Below, piece after piece: positions 58,598-64,000 of a stretch of DNA of 64,000 nt. Source of the DNA: Candidatus Thorarchaeota archaeon (GTDB lineage: Archaea; Asgardarchaeota; Thorarchaeia; Thorarchaeales; Thorarchaeaceae); NCBI GenBank assembly GCA_003345545.1, contig PRDH01000044.1:64001-128000 (forward strand). The letters are read 5' to 3'. Position 1 is the stretch's first letter; the number at the start of each line of letters is the position of its first letter. The notes beneath the pieces are model-generated. The model had not been told where the DNA came from and searched no databases. It worked only from the letters and a program-made list of their open reading frames with translations. The position numbers were made by a program, and so were the translations under genes.

Positions 58598-60208
58598 ATG
58601 CCTCTTCTAGATGTGACCACCGGAGGTACTCAGTTGACAGAAGAGGCAACATCTGAACTGTGTCGATCCTGCCAGAAGAACAGAGCAACCCACATGTGTG
58701 AAGACTGCGGAGCAGCACTTTGCTTAGAATGTCTAGATAGCAGAACCACTGAGTATAGTGTATGTGGAGACTGTCACCACTCTCTCGGAGAAGCCATACC
58801 TGGGGAGAAATTCGAGAGCTGTCCTGAGTGCAAATCTGAGAACCTCACCAAGGGAAAACGTACTATTGATATTTGCGCTAGGTGTCACTCGGTTCGGGTC
58901 GTTGTCCTTGAGGATAAGAGAAGGACACTAGCCCTTGAAATGCGCCATGCCGTCATGACAATTCAGTATGGACATACCAAGCTTCGCGAATTCAACAGCA
59001 AACTCAGTGTCACTAAGCGTCTATTGGTGTCGCTCAGGATGGCGAATTTTCTCCATTACAAGTGGCTCGAAGAAAAGATAGAGGCAATCCAAGAGGAACT
59101 GCCAGCAATCAAGAACCGAATCGGAAGTCAGGCAGAGATAGTAGCCAGAAGGATGTCTGCTGAAACCAAGAACTTCATAGACTATGCTCTTTGGAGCCCA
59201 TCCCAATTTCCATTCATTGAGGGAATAACCAACAGAATCACAGAGCTCGGAATCTACTACAAACAAAACGTTGACGAGGCAATCGAGTCCCTCAGAACCA
59301 CACTGAAGGATGTCAAGAGGCAATTGGATGGTCTCGATTACTATAGGAATCACTTCACAAACTTCTACGAACATAGCCAGCTCTCTGTCGGAGAGCTCCC
59401 AGTGTGCGCTCTACCAGACGTGAAAGTAGCAGGAAGTGATTTCCTCAAGAACGACAAGGCCCTAGGAACACTGTACCTGACAAATAAGAGGCTCTTATTC
59501 TTGGCTGAGACTGGAAGAGTCCGCAGAAAGATGGAAACAATCTTCGATTTTCCGCTTCTTTATCTGAAGTCGATAGAGGAGGACGGGCGGTTTCGAAAGA
59601 GGCTAGTCCTGAAGCTCAAGCAGGGCGATGTGAGAATATCTTGTTCGGACCAGACAAAGAAGGTCTTACCAGACTATGTGGAGATCGCTCGCAAGTTCGA
59701 TAGGTATGTCCAGACGGACATGCAGAGAGTGCGCAAAATCGAGCAAGAAGAAGTCAGTATCAGCGATGTGAGGCTAAAGATCGAAGGGATGGTCTATTCA
59801 CTACTATCACCGAACAAGAAACAAGACGATGCCACAGCAATCGGGTCAGACCTTCGGTACCGAACCCAACCTTGGTCCACGTCCCAAGTTCAACCAAGGG
59901 AGATTCCTTATGGCACAGGCTACACGTCCCCGGAATTCTTCAGAAGGGATTTGGAGAGAACAATTGGCCGGAGCAGCCAGCCGCAAAATGGTGACATGCA
60001 ATACCGACCAAGCGAATCTATTGATACCCTTCAAAGAAACTCGGAGTCCATCTATGGAGCCATACGAGAAACTGTACACTTGTTGAGAGATGGTCGCTTA
60101 GTGACAGAAGACTTCATTCGAAGGTACAAAGATCTCATGAGAGATTCCTATCTCAACAGAAGAGAGATTCAGCGCCTCTCAAGAGAGTCCAGAGATCAAT
60201 TCTGGTAG
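58598..60208 (+). CDS. ESCRT-associated B-box/Zn-finger - coiled coil - GRAM/PH-like - steadiness-box-like protein
   Basis: Multiple CxxC pairs, heptads, GTLYLTNKRLLFL, C-terminal AIRETVHLLRDGRLVTEDFIRRYKDLMRDSY. Confidence 0.65.
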   Translation: MPLLDVTTGGTQLTEEATSELCRSCQKNRATHMCEDCGAALCLECLDSRTTEYSVCGDCHHSLGEAIPGEKFESCPECKSENLTKGKRTIDICARCHSVRVVVLEDKRRTLALEMRHAVMTIQYGHTKLREFNSKLSVTKRLLVSLRMANFLHYKWLEEKIEAIQEELPAIKNRIGSQAEIVARRMSAETKNFIDYALWSPSQFPFIEGITNRITELGIYYKQNVDEAIESLRTTLKDVKRQLDGLDYYRNHFTNFYEHSQLSVGELPVCALPDVKVAGSDFLKNDKALGTLYLTNKRLLFLAETGRVRRKMETIFDFPLLYLKSIEEDGRFRKRLVLKLKQGDVRISCSDQTKKVLPDYVEIARKFDRYVQTDMQRVRKIEQEEVSISDVRLKIEGMVYSLLSPNKKQDDATAIGSDLRYRTQPWSTSQVQPREIPYGTGYTSPEFFRRDLERTIGRSSQPQNGDMQYRPSESIDTLQRNSESIYGAIRETVHLLRDGRLVTEDFIRRYKDLMRDSYLNRREIQRLSRESRDQFW

Positions 60209-60212
60209 TACT

Positions 60213-60830
60213 CTACATCCCCAACTCACGTTCTAAGGATTTGATGTCATCCTCTAGAGACTCAATCTCGCCAAGGGGTTTCTTTACTGCAGCAGCGTCT
60301 GTAAGACCTGCTTCTATGTCAATCTCCTGCATTGCAGACGTGAGATCTTCAGACGAGATCTCCATAGTCGAGTCAAGAGCCTCATCGGATATGTCCGTTT
60401 CAATCTCGAATTCTTCAAGGCGTCGAGCAATCTCGTCAACGTTCGCGACGACCTTTGTCGAGTCAGTAGATTCGCCCAGCATGCCAAGAATCTTCGCCAC
60501 TTCCTGAAGAGCTAGAGAGGTCTTTGCCGACGTCTGAGCACGATTCAGGTGTGCAAGGATTTTTAGAATCTGAAGTCGTGACTTGTCGACGGAGAGCGCG
60601 TAGCGTCTGAAGCGGATCATCTCGGTAGCATAGGTTCGATATGCGTCAACCTGCCCGCCCTTCCGCGCACGTACAGCCCTGGCGCGTGTATCCTGTTCCT
60701 CTTTCTCGAGTTTGTTTCTCTGTCGAGCAAGCTGTTTGCTCAGGATTCTTAGACGACTGGAAATCTCACCAACATCTGGTTTCTTCTTACCCCAGGCAAA
60801 TGCCTTTCTTATTGAAGCCAAAGAATTCAC
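60213..60830 (-). CDS. ESCRT-III (Snf7 family, Vps2/24/46-like)
   Basis: Amphipathic N-terminal helix (LASIRKAFAWGKKK), basic helical hairpin, acidic C-terminal half, MIM1-like LEDDIKSLERELG; adjacent to vps4. Confidence 0.88.
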   Translation of the reverse strand: MNSLASIRKAFAWGKKKPDVGEISSRLRILSKQLARQRNKLEKEEQDTRARAVRARKGGQVDAYRTYATEMIRFRRYALSVDKSRLQILKILAHLNRAQTSAKTSLALQEVAKILGMLGESTDSTKVVANVDEIARRLEEFEIETDISDEALDSTMEISSEDLTSAMQEIDIEAGLTDAAAVKKPLGEIESLEDDIKSLERELGM

Positions 60831-60902
60831 CTTACTCCTGAATCAAGGATTTGAATCAATGATGATGGGCTATTCGTTTAAACCTTCGTAGCTACCTGCT
60901 CT

Positions 60903-60935
60903 CAACAACGCGCTCTCGTGCGTTGTTGTATAAAC
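60903..60935. promoter_or_regulatory. Inverted repeat abutting a TATA-like element between divergent ESCRT-III and vps4
   Basis: CAACAACGCGC-TCTC-GTGCGTTGTTG followed directly by TATAAAC. Confidence 0.45.
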
Positions 60936-60983
60936 GACACAGAAAGTCTTAACATCCTACACACATTGTACACATGAACACGC

Positions 60984-62213
60984 ATGGCCGGATCGGATAG
61001 TGATAGATTGGACCTGGGGCTCAAGACTCTGCTCGACAGAGCCATAGAACTCGATCAGAGAGGAATGAAGAACGAGGCGTGCCAATTATACCTCAAGGCA
61101 AGTAAGATATTGATCAAGCTTTCAAACTCAGCCGCTCTTCCAACCATAAGAAAACACTACTTCAATCGCGCCCAAGAGTGCGTTGATAGGGTTAGATTCC
61201 TCTCAGGCATTAAGAAGAAATCGGCAGGACCTGTTGATGGTCTTGCTGAACCGCCAAAGGCAGACTTTGGTCCTGCCAAGCCTACGCGAATCAAGCAAGC
61301 ATCCAAGGTTGAGCAGGAGATTGACGAGGATGCGAAACGACTGCGAGAGATGATCTCGGACACAATCATCTCTGAGCGGCCCAAGATCAAACTGTCTGAA
61401 GTTGCTGGACTCGAAGACGCAAAACAGGCGATTAATGATGCAATAGTCACACCAATGAAACATCCGGAGCTATTCAAGGGCAAGGCAAGACAGCCATGGA
61501 GAGGAATCCTATTCTTTGGACCAGCAGGCTGTGGAAAGACACTCATTGCAAAAGCAGTGGCATCAGAGGTGAACGCGACATTCTTCAATGTCTCTGCCGC
61601 GAACATCGTCAGCAAGTGGTTGGGAGAGTCCGAACGCTTGGTCATGAGCCTCTTTGAACTGGCCAGAAAGAATCAGCCTGCAATCATTTTTGTTGATGAG
61701 CTCGACTCTATCGGTGTGTCGCGCTCTGGAGATGATGTTGGGGGAGAACGACGACTTAAGACCCAACTGCTTACAGAGCTTCAGGGTCTTGGAAGCAATC
61801 CAGAAGACAGAATCACTCTGATTGGAGCCACGAACCTACCGTGGGAGCTGGACTTTGCACTTCGGTCGAGATTTGAGAAGAAAATACATGTTCCACTTCC
61901 TGGACGAGAGGCAAGAACAGCAATCTTTGAAACCCATATGGAAGACATCGAGGTTTCTCCGACCATTGACTACGAAGAGATGGCAGATCTGACCGAAGGG
62001 TACAGTGGTCGAGACATAAGCATCGTCTGCCGAGAGGCAGCAATGGAACCAATCCGAGACCTTCAGCGCACTGGAAGAATGGACGATGAGAGAGAAATCT
62101 TGGACATCCGGCCCGTTTCAAGGGAAGACTTCTTGAGCGCCATCGAGAACATCAGACCTGCAACTCCCCCAGAGGATGTCAGGAAATACATTGACTGGGC
62201 GGAGGGTTCTTAG
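60984..62213 (+). CDS. vps4: Vps4 AAA+ ATPase (MIT + AAA)
   Basis: N-terminal MIT; VAGLEDAKQAI, PWRGIL, GPAGCGKT, SKWLGESE, FVDELDS, ATNLPWELD, TEGYSG. Confidence 0.93.
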   Translation: MAGSDSDRLDLGLKTLLDRAIELDQRGMKNEACQLYLKASKILIKLSNSAALPTIRKHYFNRAQECVDRVRFLSGIKKKSAGPVDGLAEPPKADFGPAKPTRIKQASKVEQEIDEDAKRLREMISDTIISERPKIKLSEVAGLEDAKQAINDAIVTPMKHPELFKGKARQPWRGILFFGPAGCGKTLIAKAVASEVNATFFNVSAANIVSKWLGESERLVMSLFELARKNQPAIIFVDELDSIGVSRSGDDVGGERRLKTQLLTELQGLGSNPEDRITLIGATNLPWELDFALRSRFEKKIHVPLPGREARTAIFETHMEDIEVSPTIDYEEMADLTEGYSGRDISIVCREAAMEPIRDLQRTGRMDDEREILDIRPVSREDFLSAIENIRPATPPEDVRKYIDWAEGS

Positions 62214-62216
62214 AGG

Positions 62217-62954
62217 TTGGGCATGAGAGAGAAGCGGAAAGAGAAACGAAGAGAAGAGGCCCAGGAAGAACCAGAAGATACTGAGGTGGTCAGGACAGTT
62301 CAGGAGGCAGAGACCTCCCCAGTAATAGAGGAAGACATTCACACACCCGAGGTCATCATTGGGAAGCCCGATGCGACTGAAGTAGTCTCTGAGAATGAAG
62401 CTGTCACAGACGAAACCGAAGCAGAGAAACTTCAGAGCGTACCAGTCGTTTCGATGCCCCCTTGGGGTAGCCCCGAGGAGAGCGAATGGATGTACGGTGT
62501 TCCTCCAAGAGAAGAGGATAGAATCTTGTGGGCAGAGGAGTGGTCAGATTATCTGCTTCAATGGGCAGAACTCAAACAGATCCATGTACTATCCCTTGCT
62601 GTGTTCATTAGTGAACCTCCTTTCAATGATTTGAGAAACAAGGTCGACTCCTTCAAGATGATTTCCGAGGTCCTCATCGATAAGGAGGTGGCGGAATGGA
62701 GTGATAGGCGAAGACGCCAACTCAGAATCTTTTGGAAACCACTTGAGGACTGGGCGGACCTGATATATGAGTGGTCCCTGAGAACAGGAAAGCTAAGACT
62801 AGATGTGAAGTCCATAGTGATACAGGAGTCAAAGGAGAGCTTTGCAAAGCTTCCTGAAAGAGACCTCCATGTTGTTATGGGGTTGATGGTAGAGAAAGGA
62901 TTTGCTGAGTGGATTGATAAGAAGAAGGGCGCAGTCCTGGTATCGACTCAGTAG
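62217..62954 (+). CDS. vps25: ESCRT-II Vps25-like protein with acidic N-terminal extension
   Basis: MPPW...PP...W..EWSDYLLQW, PPF, AEW, IFWKPLEDWADLIYEW. Confidence 0.85.
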   Translation: MGMREKRKEKRREEAQEEPEDTEVVRTVQEAETSPVIEEDIHTPEVIIGKPDATEVVSENEAVTDETEAEKLQSVPVVSMPPWGSPEESEWMYGVPPREEDRILWAEEWSDYLLQWAELKQIHVLSLAVFISEPPFNDLRNKVDSFKMISEVLIDKEVAEWSDRRRRQLRIFWKPLEDWADLIYEWSLRTGKLRLDVKSIVIQESKESFAKLPERDLHVVMGLMVEKGFAEWIDKKKGAVLVSTQ

Positions 62955-63772
62955 GCTCCTTGGTTTGAGGTTTCAGGTTTATCTCGTGCTCTGAGACCCG
63001 GAAAATAATACCTCCCGCCTGTTGAGAAACGGATATCTGCAACTGCCATTCCGGTTTCTACGAGGCTCGTGAGCACTTGACGTGCATGATCTTCGGACCA
63101 TTTGAGCTGCATCATCACGTCTTCTACTGAAACATGACCTTTCGATGCTGCCAGGTTGACCACATCAGCTTGATCACGGCGGAGTTCGAGCGGCCTTAGC
63201 TCTACGACCTTCACTCCTCCACGAAGAGTCCGAATGCCAGGCAACAGACCGTTCTCTGACACCCGATTGACTGCCTCGATTACATCATTGTATGTAACGG
63301 ATTTCATCTCAGGAAGACGGCGTACGACCTCGACAATGAGCTCCGCAAGCCCCATTAGTCCCTTCGAAGCGTGCTCAGTCGCAACATCAAGTATTGCTAA
63401 GCCAATATAATCATAGTACTGGTCAGCATTCATTCCCTGATAGGACGTTGCGGAAGCACTCTCGCGGAGCCTGAGAAGGTCAGCAGCATCTGGAAAGACC
63501 TCTGTTATCCGTTCGCCTGCAAAGAAGCCCCCGACATCCAGTCCGCTTCGCTTCAGATTATCAATATGGCTCCGCACCTCCTGAAGGAGTGCTTGTGATT
63601 CTCTCTGGAATGATCCAATATCAACAGCACCCAGGTCATACAGCTTCTTCAGCTGGTCAAGCGTGGCAATGGAGGCATAGAGTTCTGTTTCGAATCGCTC
63701 CTGCATCGGTGATAGTTCCTTCTCTATTCTGAAAGTCCGCACAATGCTGACAAGACTCATTAAATTGCTCAT
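62948..63772 (-). CDS. Vps28-N-like::EAP30 (Vps22/Vps36-like) fusion protein
   Basis: N-terminal ELYASIATLDQLKKLY...FQRESQALL; C-terminal DQYYDYIGLAI...GLMGL..VTYNDVIEAV...GHVSV..LKWS..AR.VL..LV..G.A..D....RYYFP. Confidence 0.8.
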   Translation of the reverse strand: MSNLMSLVSIVRTFRIEKELSPMQERFETELYASIATLDQLKKLYDLGAVDIGSFQRESQALLQEVRSHIDNLKRSGLDVGGFFAGERITEVFPDAADLLRLRESASATSYQGMNADQYYDYIGLAILDVATEHASKGLMGLAELIVEVVRRLPEMKSVTYNDVIEAVNRVSENGLLPGIRTLRGGVKVVELRPLELRRDQADVVNLAASKGHVSVEDVMMQLKWSEDHARQVLTSLVETGMAVADIRFSTGGRYYFPGLRARDKPETSNQGAY

Positions 63773-63802
63773 GCTTTAAGTGAGAGTATTATCTCGCTAC
63801 TA

Positions 63803-64000
63803 CTAGGGTGTGAGTCTGTCTCTGTCTCGCGGTAGAAGTGTGGCCTCACGGATATTATCAATGCCAAGAATCTGCATGGTAAGCCGCTCGACTCCAAGGC
63901 CTAGTCCACCATGTGGCGGAGCACCATACTTGAAGGGATCCAGATAGAAACTGAAGTCTGGAGGATTGAATCCCTTTGCTTTGAACCGCTCAATGAGAAG
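63803..64000 (-). CDS. aspS: Aspartate--tRNA ligase, C-terminal part (gene extends beyond the window)
   Basis: Translates as ...[48 protein letters not shown]-stop (class II motif 3). Confidence 0.88.
   Translation of the reverse strand, partial: LLIERFKAKGFNPPDFSFYLDPFKYGAPPHGGLGLGVERLTMQILGIDNIREATLLPRDRDRLTP

Noticed and set aside
1-64000. CRISPR arrays, rRNA, transposases, defence systems, selenocysteine/pyrrolysine read-through
   Set aside because: None recognised by inspection

Overview
Gene-dense archaeal chromosomal segment, most consistent with an Asgard archaeon (probably Thorarchaeia; inferred from gene content, not from a phylogeny). Housekeeping genes include class I CCA-adding enzyme, TrmY, class I LysRS, ArgRS, partial AspRS, eL13, aIF5A, NOB1, TFB, DGGGP synthase, MfnA, NadE, GlnA and TldD/PmbA. 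They are interleaved with many eukaryotic-signature-like genes. (1) An ESCRT locus (ESCRT-III, Vps4, Vps25) carries two apparently domain-shuffled ESCRT-I/II proteins: a Vps28-N-like::EAP30 (Vps22/36) fusion and a B-box/Zn-coiled-coil-GRAM/PH-steadiness-box protein. (2) A duplicated module combines a roadblock-tandem-winged-helix protein, TRAPPC3/Bet3-like V4R proteins and paralogous membrane proteins. (3) There are separate longin, arrestin-like, alpha-SNAP-like, Yip1 and PH-like genes. Two tRNA genes (Leu-CAG, His-GUG) each carry a 30-nt BHB intron in the T-loop with identical geometry. An AT-rich patch beside tRNA-His holds the arrestin-like gene and a frameshifted Lrp/AsnC regulator. No CRISPR array, rRNA, integrase or transposase was seen. 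All protein family calls come from motif recognition by eye; no database searches were run.
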